The notes under the pieces are model-generated. The model searched no databases, was not told the DNA's origin, and saw only the letters and a program-made list of their open reading frames with translations. A program made the position numbers and the translations under genes. 64,000 nucleotides of DNA from Paraspadella gotoi (Eukaryota; Animalia; Chaetognatha). This document shows positions 37,061 to 50,885 of this stretch, piece by piece. Position 1 is the stretch's first letter, and every line of letters starts with the position of its first letter. The stretch is taken from assembly GCA_051294375.1 (NCBI GenBank), contig CM119263.1, positions 13,532,414 to 13,596,413 on the forward strand, written 5' to 3'.

Positions 37061-39866
37061 CTATGTTATAAATATTTTTCTCAAAGGGCAAATTTCGTTT
37101 ACTTAAAAAGTGGAGTCTTATTATCATCCTTTGTTCCCATTAAAACAATTGAATTTTTTCATTCTTCATTTTATGATTAATAAGAAACTGTTGTAAATGT
37201 ATCATGAACCAGAATAATTTTTTTATAATATGAATAATACTTGATAATAATCATCAAGTTTTCCCTTTAAAATTTATTAAAATAAACTTTTCAGCTTGGG
37301 GGGAAAAATATGAAAGACGACTTTGTTTATAAATAATAGTTACCATAGTAAATAAATTAAGTTTTCTATGAGAATTATTTTATAATTACACAAATTACCA
37401 ACTGACTTAATCACCACACAAAAAAATTTTTATTTTTATGTCAGATAACTTCACTATCAGCATTAATTCTTTTTAAATTTGTTAAAAACTGTTGAAATTT
37501 AAACGGAAAAAAAAAAATAAAGAAAATTACTCGTGCTTGAGAGCCACTGGTGACTATACTATTAAAAAATATGAACATTCTTTTAAGTCAATATAAACGT
37601 CAAGTAGTTTGATAACTAATAAATGGTTTTAAAATGAATACACAGTAAAAGAATTACGAGTTTAATCAAATAATTTTGTATCTCGGTCCAGATTGAAGTC
37701 CTGTAGATAAAAGTCGATTTTCCCCTTTGNNNNNNNNNNNNNNNNNNNNNNNNNGTCGTGTAGATAAAAGTCGATTTTCCCCTTTGGTTTTGGAACACTC
37801 AAGTTTAAAAAATCATATCTTCTAAAACTATATCGATTGTAAAAAACTTAACACATTATTTAAAAAAATTAATATATTTAAATAGTTTATAAGCGTCTGG
37901 AATTTAATTTATAAGTGGCGCGTGTTTTGCACAGGACTGTACTATATTATTATTATCAAGGAAATTTAAATATTGGCTGACTAATTGTCAATTTCAAATC
38001 GCCTTAAAGCCGGTTAATTTTAAAACTGTTCATGTAATTGGTTTCATTTCTTTTGTAAGATAAATCTATCAAGCGATCGATTATTTTATAAGCCTGAGAC
38101 TTCAATCTGGACCGATACAAAAAGATTTGATTAAACTCGTAATTCTTTTACTGTATGAAATTGGTACAACCAATATATATTATTTTTAAAACATTTATTA
38201 GTTATAAAACTACTTTACGTTTATATTGACTTAAAAGAATGTTCATATTTTTTAATAGTATAGTCGCAGTGGCTCTCAAGCACGGAGTTATTTTCTTTAT
38301 TTTTTGTTTTCGTTTAAATTTCAACAGTTTTTAACAATTTAAAAAGAATTAATGCTGATAGTGAAGTTATCTGACATAAAAATATAAATTTTTGGTGATT
38401 AAAGTCAGTTTGGTAATTTGTTATTATAAAAATAATTCTCATGTAAAACTTAATTTATTTACTATGTTAACTATTATTTATAAACAAAGTCGTCTTTCAT
38501 ATTTTTCCCCCCAAGCTGAAAAGTTTATTTTTAATAAATTTTAAAGGGAAAACTTGATGATTATTATCAAGTATTATTATTCATATTATAAAAAAATTAT
38601 CTGGTTCATGATACATTTACAACAGTTTCTTATAATCATAAAAAAAGAAGAATGAAAAAAATTCAATTGTTTTAATGGGAACCAAAGGATTGATAATAAG
38701 ATCCAACTTTTAAAGTAAAAGAAATTTGCCTTGAGAAAAATATTTTATAACATAGTGAAGAGACAGTATTATGTTATGTGTTAGTAACAGACCGTTCAAT
38801 ATAAGCAGTCCCTAAGCTTCAGATGAAGATGTAAACTTCGTGTTACAGCAGGCGTGTTAAGCGCCCCGTCCCTCTAACTGCCGATGGCGGCCACCGAGCT
38901 AGAACCCCAAACTTCGGGTTAGGAGGCGAATGGCTTGCCTCCGGCACCAATGGCCGCTTAAGAACGGTGGTGGATTTTAGTCCATCTAATAGCTACTATT
39001 CCTAGTTAGAATGTTCCAATTGGTTGGAAAAAAAGTCAAGTATTTTTATATTAGTACAAAAAAAAATTATAACCGGAATGCTCTTCGTTTCGAAATATAT
39101 TACCATTTTTTTCCTATCAGTCTGAAAAAACTATAAAATAAAAAAGCTGTCATTATAGTTTTGAAAAAGCTTTTGACAAATAATATTGCTCCTAAACGGA
39201 TGGCCAAATTTTAATAAAATTTATGCCTAAACCTATCATTCTTTTAAAAAACATTTAAATTCTTTTTTTAAATTAAAAAAAATTAAAGTAATTCAAGTAA
39301 TTCAGGTAATTTTTAAAGTCTGAAATAAAAGTGGCGCGTTTTTTTGTTTTTTTGCACAGGACTGTATAAATAATAATAATTAATAATAATATAATAAATA
39401 TAATAATATAAAATAATCTGCTTCAAGAAAGTTGATATTGTTCATAAATTGCAACGGAGGAGATCGAACGAAATTAAAAAAGATCTGACCAAAGTTTTTT
39501 TTCAAAAATATGAACCATGAAATGTAATGGGAAAGAAAAAAATACTACCGAAAAGGAACATGGGGAGGAGGAGCGAGATAGAGGAACGAGGAAGGAAAGA
39601 AAGAATGCTACGGGAGAGAAGGAAGGACGATAAGGAAACCTTGGTCACGACTTCCTCGCTGACGACCGAGAAAAATCCTTTGACCTTTCCTTGTTCAGGG
39701 TTTTGCCCGAAAAAATATCTCGCGCATTGAATTAAAGAAAAAACATCGTTCGTTCATCAAATCTTAACAAATTAAAATATTTGATATATAAATATACAAA
39801 TTACAATCAATCCGAAATGAGAGCGTCCCAATTTTGATCGCTTTTTTAATTATTTCCACTCGAAAA

Positions 39867-42800
39867 ATGTCGAAATTAAAGCGACTTGCAAGCATAGCGT
39901 TGGCCGGCGCCGAATCGGAATCGCGTCAATCGATCGCCGATCGGCGTCGAAGCGGCGCTGGTAGCAAAGCGCCAGATGCCGAAGTCAACGACTCGCGACG
40001 CTCGAGCTTGGCCGGCGCCGTCTCTGCGACGCCGACTTCTGACACAGTTGACTCCCGCCGTGGCAGCCTGGTCCGACGCGGGACCGACGCCCCGCCGACG
40101 CAAAGCAGACTCGGAAGACGACGTAGTGTCGAAGTTAAAGAAGGCGATCCCAGGTTTTGGTTTTATAACGTATTCCCAAACCGCCTGTACCTAGTTTATA
40201 TTTAACCAAGTCAAAATGCCAACCTTCAATGTTTCAATTTTAAGCCAAATTTATGAAATATATCGTCGTTTACTCTGACGCCTACAGATCACGTTTTCAG
40301 CGACTCGGCTCTTTGGCTGGGATTCGGCACATGACCGTCAGAGAGTCCGTTAAGGAGCAAGAGGACGTGCGCTCTGACGCTTCACGAAAGTCCAACGCCA
40401 TCATGAAAACATGGGGCGTGGCGGTCAAGACCGGCATGGGCGCCAATAGAGCGTTAGGGCTCAGAGCCTCGGCCAAGCAGGTCGTCAAGCAGGCCACGGC
40501 GAGCAAGAAGGTCAAGGGCAAGCTGACCTCGACAGTGTCCGCCTTTAAAAAGTGGTCCCTGGCAACGAAGGATGATTCCATCGAATCCAGAGACAGTTAG
40601 TGATTGGGGGGCTTCTCCGGGGTCCTTGTCTCGATGCCCAACTTGCACCGTTATTTTTTAGTTTGTCTAGGATCTTTTTGCCTTTCTTTTCCTTGATCAC
40701 TCAGTGTATGGTGAATTTAATTTTTTGGAGATCGTAAGGGCGAATGATGGACACGAAAGGCGTCAATCATTACTTTAATCGGTTTGAGTTTTCAATATTT
40801 TTAAAATCAACATCGAAAAATAAAATTATAACAGCCTGGTTACATCAATATACTTTAATTATAATTAATTATTACAAACTTAATTCTTTTGTTTGCAATT
40901 TGTAATGGAGTTACAGCTAAAAAAATTTTGCTATGTATAAAAATATAAAGCAAAGATTGAATTGTTTTGCATTATAGCTCCATTACGTCAAAATAATAAA
41001 ATTGATGTACTTATTGAGCAATAATCATCGTTCCTTTAAAAAATACAAAGAACTAAAAAACATTTTAAACCAGGAAGTTTTCCCCGTCGATCGCCGACAC
41101 GAACAGGAATTCTGCCTAAATTTGGCCTAAATTTGAATGAATCTTCTCTTGAGTCGTTGAGAATAAGGTGGACCGGTTTCCTCATTCTCTTTCATAGTCA
41201 TTGATAAAGAAAGTCCCTCGTGGGTTTCGACGAATGTTCTGCTTGAAAGCTTGTACAGCAAACGTGTCACTATAATCCAGACCAGCGAGAGAGTAGCGAG
41301 TATCCTCCCGTTTTGAAATAAAATCGTCAGGTGTGAAGATTTTTTATGTAATTAAATGGTTTATTACCAGCATCATCTTGTTGCTCGTTTCAATTCAGCT
41401 GAAGGAATTATTGAATGTATAAATTCAGGAGAGTTAAATTAAATCTTAAATTAATCAATACATGAATCAATTGACCAATCAATAAAACCAAAGTATGACT
41501 TTCTGCTAAAAAAGTTAAGAGACTGGAAAGAGGGAAAATAATTTGTAAATTAAGAGTCAGTAAAAGTACCTCGCTTTGACAGCTTTTGAATATAGTACTC
41601 GACAGAAACAGCGCATCCAGCAATAAAACTAATAAGGGCGGTGCCATAAATTGAGAAAAAAATTTTCAAACATCTTCCCGATCAGATCTTCGCAAATGGA
41701 GTGTGGATGTCGCGAGTGACTTACCTTCGCGGCTGCCAGGCGCAGAATGTTGCCGCCGAAACCAAAAATCCTCGACTTTTTGGGGGCGAAACGGATCAAA
41801 ATTTCCGGAAAGGGCATGACTGCTGATGGAATCAAACCTCTCACCATGGCCTTGATGGTAACTACCAATGGATTATTGATGTTAAATTATTTCTAGGACT
41901 TAAGGAATAAAGTAATGTCAAAGATTTAAAACCAACTATAAGTTAGTCAATATTATACGTCAATATTATTCAACGATGGTTATTAAATTGCTACAGGAAA
42001 AGGACAACAAAATATTTTTGTTTTTACCTCTTAGACTTTCCATGAGGGTTCTGAAAATCCGGAATAACAAATGAACATCTTTTTTCATTAAAGGGGAACA
42101 TTAAATTATAAATTTATAATTTATATTCTTAGACATTATAATCCTTTCGTTCGTTGTGGTGAGATTTAGAGAAAAGTTTGAATGAATTCAAAACGCTGAT
42201 GAAGGCTTGAACAAGAGCCGAAACATGTCCGCATTATATATGATTGTTTTAAATAAATCGTGTTGAATTCATTTCAAACTTTTCTCTAATTTTTATGTCT
42301 ACACATAAAAAAAATTAAAACTTGTTTTATATCTGCTACTAAACAATAACGAAACTATTAATGGAGGATATTCTTTTGTTTAATAGCAGATTGAAAACAA
42401 ATTTAAAATTTTTTTTGGAGGTAAAATATAAATTAGGATTTTTATGAATACGAAATATTTCGATTACAACACAGAACAACACCTTCGTTCGGGATTTGGA
42501 CGTCGGAGACAACAATCTTGGGGGCGAAGGAACGCGATTTATCTGCGAAATGCTCCATAAAAACTACTCGGTCGAAAGGCTTGTGAGTTTTTATAAGTAT
42601 ATATTAGTATATATCCCACATACTAAATAAAATTTTAAGCGTCACCTGCTAAATTTTTTTGGTAGATTTGTGTGTGGTTAATATTTGTCTAGAGCGTAGA
42701 CAGACTGCAATATGCGCTAAGTTTACTAGGGGCAAGTACAACCTTTGAAAGTGATAGCGAAAACTATACCACTGATTAATGACAATGAGGAAGATACTGA

Positions 42801-45176
42801 TGACGAAAAATAAAACGAGATTCCCAAATTTCTCAGAACATATCAAAGAACAACGTGTGCAGCGACGACGGCAGCATCGCTCTCGAGGACATGCTCAAGA
42901 CTAACATGGGATTGCTCGATTTAAATTTGTCAAGTAATTCGACATTACAGAGCTTTAGTAAATATATCATCAGAGAATTTATAATTTTGTTTTTTCCTCT
43001 TCAGAAAATAATATCGGAGATCGGGACGGGAAGCACATTGCAGAAGGCCTGACGGTGAGCGATTGTCTTGATTTTAAATTGTCCTAAACACAAAATGACT
43101 TTCATCCCATCAAAGAATAATCGGACGTTGGAACGTTTGATACTTAGTCACAACGCATTGACGGCAACCGCGGCACAAGCATTTGGTCACTCACTGTGTA
43201 AGTATACGTTGCTAAAAAAATTTAGTAAAAAAATTTAACAGATAATTAATTACAAATAATAATAAGGTTTAGAGATAGATTGAATTTAGAGTTGTTTAAT
43301 AAAGAGAAAATGCCGATAAATTCTTGCATGAGGGTAAAGCGTAGTAAAAATTCTAAAATTTAACTTAATTTAAAATTCTAAGAGCGACGAATTAACAATA
43401 TTGTACTATTAAACATTACTGTATAAAATATTTTTTGATCAAATTTTGAAATTCAAAGTTGTGTTTTTTTTTTCGTTTTTTTTTTTTGGTAAGATTTTTT
43501 AATAGATTTGGATTCGTCATGAAAAGTTGATAAAAAGAAATATTACTCTTTTTTTAAATTTAATTCATTAAGTTGGTGAAAAATCAGAAAAACTTATATT
43601 GTTTTATAGATTTTTAACAAACTTAAGAAAACATTTTTTTGAAAATTATTCATATTATTGAGGGGGTTTGACTTTCCGTTATTTCCCACAAAAAGAATAA
43701 AATATTATTTTTTTCTTTTTAGCAAAAAACAAATGGCTGATTGAACTTCGTTTGGATTCAAACAATCTTAAAAGTCGGGGGGTCGTGGCAATCTGCAATG
43801 CGATGTTGGTTGGTTATTCCTAAGTTAATAGTGAATTGTCGCTTAATATATCTAAATATGTAAACTATAACTCATTTCCATCCTACCTCGCTTGTGCCTT
43901 CAGCACTCGTCTCACCTCCAAACTCTGACTCTGTCCGACAACGACTTCGGCTACGACGGCGCCGTCGCCCTCTCGCGACTCATCAGATTCAACAAAAGAC
44001 TAACGAAATTAGAAATTAGTAAAAACCGCATCGCCTGGGAAGGACTAATGCTGATGGGGAAGGCATTGGCGATCAACTCTACGCTGGAGGAATTAAAGGT
44101 ATATGACTAGATAGGATTCGAGTTGGTTTCCTCGACTAATGACGCATGAACCCCCTCAGATGGCTTCAAACCCAGTCACGGCGCAAGGAGTTATCGATTT
44201 GCTCAATGCTATCTTCAGCAACACGAACAGTGCATTAAAGGCGTTGGATCTGTCGGTAAGATTTATTAGGGTATTAAAGAAAATTAGTAGTAAGTAATTC
44301 TCATAAATTTTTATCGCAACAGGAGATCAAAGTGACGCCAAAGTGCTTAGAACTTGCCGCAAACATCGCAGCAAGAAAAAAGAAATTCATATTCGAACAC
44401 GGAGGCCTGCTCAATAATGAAAATATTTTTCAACGAAAAAGAGGTACAACTTCGGTTTTCGCAGAACAAGAATATTTTAGAGACTTATCATTATGTCTCG
44501 GAGCTCAGTGAAATAATAGCAAGACTGGTACTGATATTATACAGCTGATAATATTCTGACTTATATCAACGTTGCAATACCTTGATGATTAAATCATAAG
44601 AAACGGTTCATTTCAACTCTAAATCCAAAATCATTCCTCCTACAGATTATGCGACGGCGCAGCAGCAAAAATGGGCGAGTCACTTGGACGAGGAAAAACT
44701 CAGAATCTCGGATCTCTTTAAATCAATCGAAAGATACAATTTTGTTAAGGTCTGTGGCAAAATTTAAGGTTTTTTTCCGTTATAATATTACATCAAAAAC
44801 TGTAATGTTGCCATTTTAATTTTAAAGTGCATGCCCATTAGTCTGTTGCGTAAACTTAACATGAACTTTCCGCGTAAAAGGTTTGCCAAAATTCTAACTC
44901 GTACGGTACAAGCTTTTAAGGTTATAATGCATCAAGCATGAATAAAAAGCATGCAAACAATGTCGTCATTAAAACTCTTTGGCTACAGGCATGCGAAGAG
45001 CATGCAGCGATGATGGCAGAGATGGAGGATGAGGAGGACGATTTGACCTACGGTGACGGCCTCGCGTCCGCCAGCCAAATCTCCGGAATGCTATCACAGT
45101 AAATAATCCGCATGAGTTTGCAGAAGTATATAAAAAAAACATGGAAGTGGATAGGGAAAAAAAGAACAGCGATAAA

Positions 45177-45244
<68 letters not shown>

Positions 45245-46053
45245 AAACAATCAATTAATCAATCAAGAAAGCAATCAATCAATCAATCAAAATTTAAGAA
45301 ACTAAGAAAGAAAAAATTTTCGAGTTTGTTTAACTTAACGCTAAAGATAAATTACCATTAAAGATAGATAAAGAAAAAATAAATCTATGTTAATTATGCC
45401 ACAGCCTGAAACGCCCCCAAAAAGGAAGCCAAGACAAAAAGCCAAAGCCGTCCGGAGACGGTGGCGCTGGGTCGGGTGGGGGTGAAGGCGCAACTAGAAG
45501 CAGCAACGGCGACGGCGACTTACCCCACCTGTCATCCGGCGGTAACGGAGGCGAAGGGTCAGGGCTTTTCCAAGAAAACAGAGAGACCTATAAGTAAGTT
45601 TATATCTCAGTAAAAATTAGTTCAGTGTGTGAAAAATGAGACGAATGTGTTGTTTTGCTGCAGGAAATGGGAAAACGTTCGCTTGCCGAAGCTGCAAACG
45701 GCGGCAGCTATAAGAGAAGAAGAAGAGCATACTCCGACCGCAATAGATTATCGGGCTTTATCTCCTCAAGAGATAGGTATTAATAGGCATAAGTAATTTG
45801 ACTATTTAATATTTAAAATCAACAGGGTATTTTTGAAGAATGGATCTTTTCAGCTCCGGAAACCAATGTTTCGTCGATGGGCGACCCTCAAGCGGCAGCA
45901 ACGGTGACAGCAACGTCTGATCGCTCTCCAGACGGCGAGGATTCACCGCGCGAAATCAAATCGGCCTCTGCCGGAAAACCCTCTAGCGCCGGCGCGGAAA
46001 AGCAAAGAAAGACTAAAGGAGTCCGCGGGCCAAAATCTGGGAAGAGGGCGTGA
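39867..46053 (+). CDS. LRRC74: LRRC74-like protein (RI-type leucine-rich repeats, low-complexity termini)
   Basis: Clean in-phase exons from 42475 (NNTFVRDLDVGDNNLGGEG, LNLSKNNIGDRDG, LILSHNALT, LRLDSNNLKSRG, LTLSDNDFGYDG, LEISKNRIAWEG, MASNPVTAQG, LRISDLFKSIE) to TGA at 46053; exon 41686-41857 YLRGCQ..PKILDFLG..GIKPLTMALM fits the pre-LRR motif; 5' exons carry indels. Confidence 0.75.
42194..42231 (+). ncRNA. Minimal type I hammerhead ribozyme motif of the Penelope-like-element kind
   Basis: CTGATGA-A-GGCT(tgaacaag)AGCC-GAAA-CATG-TC: conserved core, stem II, palindromic ACATGT stem III and a GUC cleavage triplet; stem I only 2 bp. Confidence 0.7.
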
Positions 46054-46734
46054 AAGAAAGAGTTGAAAACTACCATGGAAATTGTTTATATATACATAAT
46101 TTAAACCAAACAAAACACCGACCAGCACGGATTTCGCTGTATTTCAACTTTTAAAAAGTTCAGTGGAGAAAAAAAAATCTTTCTCAAAGAACGTAATAGA
46201 TGGATAACTTAAAATGACTCCCAAAACTTTACGTTCTCTAATAGAAGAAGTGCAAAAATGTGAAAATTTCCGTATAAACAGATTATGAAATTATACTCGT
46301 CCACAATTATCACCTGAACACTAAACCCAAAAAATGGCAAGATAGCGAAAGCGGCTCGCCGTTGCAAAAGTTAGACAATCGGTTTCGAGTGAAGTGCTAA
46401 AAAAAGGAAAAGGGAAAAAAGCGGAGCAGCTTCGAGTTTGGGAAAGCTTCAACNNNNNNNNNNTAACATGTCAAAGATTATGTGGTTATTTTGAGATGTT
46501 TGTTTCTTCGTTGCGGATCGAGGTTGCGCTTTTCCTCTTCCCTCGGAATTCCATTCCATTCCGAGGTTTGGATGAAAGGAGCTTCTTCTGCCTTAGATTC
46601 CACCAAATTTTATTTTCATTCAAAAAGATTCACGTGACAAAATAATTTAAGAGACTAACAAAAATTATCCGTAACTCGTTTGCTACGCACAATTATGTAA
46701 TAATTAAATAAATGAATATTTTTTTTTAAATTTA

Positions 46735-46839
46735 ACTTTCGCCGACTGGAATTTAAAAAATTTTGAAAACAATTTTAATTATCTTAACCCAAAACCCACC
46801 TAACCCAAATTACACCTAATCCACCCAGTCGGCGAAAGT
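46735..46839. repeat. Short inverted repeat enclosing TAACCC-like units (MITE-like)
   Basis: actttcgccgactgg ... ccagtcggcgaaagt, perfect 15-bp arms. Confidence 0.65.
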
Positions 46840-47075
46840 AAAATTATTCCAAATTTTTCCGTTTAACTTATAACGACAGCGTCTAATCAACGTCCAGTAA
46901 GTTAAATCCTGAACATAAAAATAAAAGAGGAAAAGCGCATTTTTGAACGGATTAATAAGGATAAACTGAGCGGATTTAGAAGAGGAATGGCGGTTAACAT
47001 CGCGAGGCAACAAGAGACGCAACCCTCGATTGGATTTGGGCTCCAACTACAACAACAACAACAACGATCGTAAAT

Positions 47076-49857
47076 ATGTGGCGAAAGACGAGACGCCGTC
47101 GCCAACTACTTTTAATCGGCGCCAATGACTTGACCCTTTCCTTTCTATTGCTCAATTGGATTTATGTGATTTTACAAACTGTCTGTAAGTAAAAACCATA
47201 ACTTTTATATTTATATCCCAACGCTGTTCACGACTATAGATTGATGTTTTTGTTTAATTTGTCAGTTTTAGTTGTTTTTTTTTACTCGATAAGGAGGCTC
47301 TTTAATTAAAAAATATAATTTAATATATCCTTTTCTAATGTTGAGTTCTTTTGTTAAGCTTGACAAGGTGAGAGTGTATGTATCACAGTATATTGCTGCT
47401 CCAGTTCTTCACCCAAACAAATTGTCAGTTTTTTTTTAATTTACAAATTGTCAGTTGATTCTTTATAACAAGCCATTCACAGGATAAATCTTTCGCTGTT
47501 TTTCGATCCAGGCGCGGAACCTCAATTGAGTCAGTTTCGATGTACTGGTGAAGACCTCATTTTATTCTGCAACGCGGGAACCAAAATCAAAATCTACAAC
47601 GCCATCTACGGTCGAAGCCCAGCTCGGCTTTGTCTCAGCCTTCCGGATGATCCTTGTATTAGGCCTGAGCTTAAAGAGGTGAAATCATTGCTAAACTTTA
47701 ATTTAAAAAAATGGAAAAAAAAGTCACAGAAAAACAACGCAGCCCGTGATGGAAATTTCTTTTTTTTTTTGTGTTTTCGAACCATTATTAGTTGCCAATT
47801 TTCTTTTGCTTACATATTTTCTTTTGCTTACATATTTTTTTTATCGGTTATCATGTTTTAACTATAAACCTTTTTCCATAAATAAAAGCTTTTAAAACCA
47901 TATTCATAGAAACTATCTTAAAAAGACCTGGAAAAATATGTATTTTTAACACCTATTTTAACACCTTCTCTTTATTCGTGATTTAAAGATTTCTGAGAAG
48001 TTATTTTTAGGCAATTTTCCAGAAGATGAAAGGTGGTGCAAAAAAATTCGTGCACTTGATAAATTTCTCACCAAAAGGATTTCGAAGCTGAATTGTTGTC
48101 AGGCTTGATCCAAAAATTATTTTTCTTTTAAACAAAAAGGGAAAAAAACGATTTCGTCTATTTTGGAAACATCGTAGAAGTCTGTCTTTAAAAATATTAC
48201 TCACTTTGCTTTAGATCGGTGCTCTTTGCAACGAAAAGACGGAATGCAAAATAACTGTCACAACTAAAAGCCTGCCTCAATGTTGGCCTCTTGAAAGCGA
48301 CAATCTGCAAGTTGAATTTGAGTGCATAACTGGTAAAATTAGTCGACTTTATTAATTATGTTTACTTTACAAAATTAAAAATTCAGTAAAAGTAAAAAAT
48401 TAATCGATCAAGCATTTAAACATACGTAACAACGATTTCGTAAATTTTTGTTGCGTCTTCCAACCTCCGTTTCGCAACCGCGTTCAGCCGCTGCCGAAGA
48501 CGCCGCCTCAGCATCCACGCCAAAAACCACACCTACGTTCATTCCTCCGTTAGTCAAAGAAGCCACACCTCGCTCTCTATTCACCTCGGGTAAAAACTGA
48601 AAAGGAAAAAGGAGAGGTGCCAATCTCTCTCTCCGTCTAAGCCTTTCCAATTCTACTTTCGTCTTTCGTTTTTTTTTTTCCAATTTTTTTTTTGTTTATA
48701 CACGAATCAATGGGAGACTAACCGGGTTTTTATACTTTTTTTCTTCCGATGCATCTTGCCTTGTTCGTCTCAGAAACGGGAGAGAGAGAGATCGAGGCGG
48801 AGATTCTCGGCGAGGCGGAAACGGGCGATGCGGCCAACGGCGGTGCGATGGCCGGCGGGGTCACCGCGGAGAGAGACGGGGGAATGGGCGCCACGTCGGC
48901 AGAGATGGGTGACCGGGGAAAGGGAATCAAGTGAAGCCTAATTGAGATAGGTTAAAGAGGGAATGAGCTGATAAGAGGTCACACCGGCATGCGCATAGTA
49001 AAATATTTTTAAAAATTTAGGGAAATAAATTTCATGGAAGAAGCATAACTATATAGTAGGAGTTGAAAGGCGATGTTTTTCCGATAGTGACGAAATATAA
49101 AAATGTAAAAAAGCTAAATCTAGAAAAAAGAAATTATAAATTAATATTTTGTTTATTTTAGGTCCTATTATCGGTGGATCCGTTGCGGCTGTTATAATAA
49201 TGATTTTGGCCTTAATTTTAGTCGCTTTAGTAGTTTGTAGGTGAGTAAAAAAATATTTGAGAGCTTTAAAAAATCATGACATTAAAAACATACTAATAAA
49301 TTCGCAGAGGACATACCAAACGATTTAACAAGCTCAAGTTTAGTAGAAGGTCTTCGGACACGGAATATGGCAACAGAGACAAGAAATCTCATGGTGAGCT
49401 TCTTCTGATGGGCTTCTCAAAAAATTAACAAAAAAAACTGTTTCCGTTAAATAACTATTGCGGTCTTCAGTTAAGAATGACGGTTCCACGGTCGCAGCCA
49501 TTAGTCATCCCCGCCCTCTGAAACATCCCCCAATCCCTATACAGAAACACGGGCCAAAAAACGTAAGCTTTGTTGCATTCATTTCAAAGTCGTTCATTTC
49601 CGACCATAACCCATCGAAATCTTTCAACACAGAATCCCCGCGAAGTTCGCTGCCCGGTTCCGCCCCTCGATAAACGCCCCCGTTATCACGAAGACGGCAA
49701 AGGACGGGAGGGCGGAGTTGCCGCCGCTCGGCCGAAGACGTCCTCATCGGAGACGTCGTCGAACGGCGGGAAGAGCAAATTGGAGTACGGATCTTGGAGG
49801 GTTTATCAGAAGCCGAGGGACGCCAGAGCCGTTAAGAGCAGCGATGTTTACTATTAA
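47076..49857 (+). CDS. Single-pass membrane protein with a SUEL (rhamnose/galactose-binding) lectin domain
   Basis: Exons 47076-47184 (signal), 47512-47678 and 48215-48332 (C.G..L.L.C..G..I.I..A.YGR..C..C..CN.K..C..C..L.V.F.C), optional 48774-48908, 49162-49240 (TM), 49308-49393, 49471-49562, 49633-49857; all phases are compatible. Confidence 0.85.
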
Positions 49858-50116
49858 GGACAAACGTTAAATAATTGTTTTTTCCGGTTTTAATAATTTT
49901 TACACCTTACCACCCATTTACATTGTATGTAGTCGGGCATGTATATCAAACCAATTAAAGTTTTTAATGTTTTATTATGTTGAAACCAATTTAAATTTCA
50001 GTACATAGAAACCCTCTATATAAAGAAAACTACTGTGGAGAATATTTACTCAAAAACTTGTTCAATTTTTAAAAAATCAGAATATTTCAGAATCTACATT
50101 AAAATTTCTTTTTGTA

Positions 50117-50829
50117 GCTTCCTTCCATTTTTTGTATGTCAAATCGTTTAGAAGTTACAGGCAAAAAAGATTACTACCTAAAGTGAAAAATGGCGAAAAA
50201 ATCATATAGTTTTCCACTAGTCTTAGTATTGAGTTATTTTTTTTAAATTTGGGAATGCCAAAGTCGCCGCACCTCTTTTTGGTTCATAAAGGTGCCATTG
50301 TAGCTCTCAGAAAAGTGGGAAAGACGTGTAACATTGGCGGTGGGGCTGAAAAGAATCGCGTTAAAGGTGTGAAAAAATATCTTACCGTCATACCTCAATT
50401 CGCTGTACGAAAGCATGCCCAACCAAATATTGAGCATATTTTACCTATGTTTTATATATTTTTTATTTAATAAATAAACTTTTTAACAATTAAGTGATAT
50501 ACTTTTTGGTTAGATGGTAAATTTTTAAATTACCACGGTGATTTTAATTTTGACTTCGTAACTAATTTAAGGTTTTGCTTCAAATTTTTGTTATTAAAAA
50601 ACGAATTCGTTCATCAGATGCGCTTCTTTTAATTTAGATTGTGTTTTGGAAACAAATGAACACGCTCGTGTAAATTTCTCCGTCTTATAATATATTTTTA
50701 CCGAGCGTGAGAAAAGTACAATGTCCTTTTTCGTAGTTATAACTGGATCAAGGATCGATTACGAAAAATTAAAAATAACAGTAAATTGGATCTTCCATGC
50801 CGTCCGTTAAAGTTAACTCAAACTATTAA

Positions 50830-50885
<56 letters not shown>

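Larger units (their letters stand above)
33435..41891. repeat. Large inverted duplication around the 25-N gap at 37730-37754
   Basis: 33790-37700 is the reverse complement of 38098-41891, and 33435-33757 of 37785-38085; the arms differ by many 1-nt indels. Confidence 0.9.
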
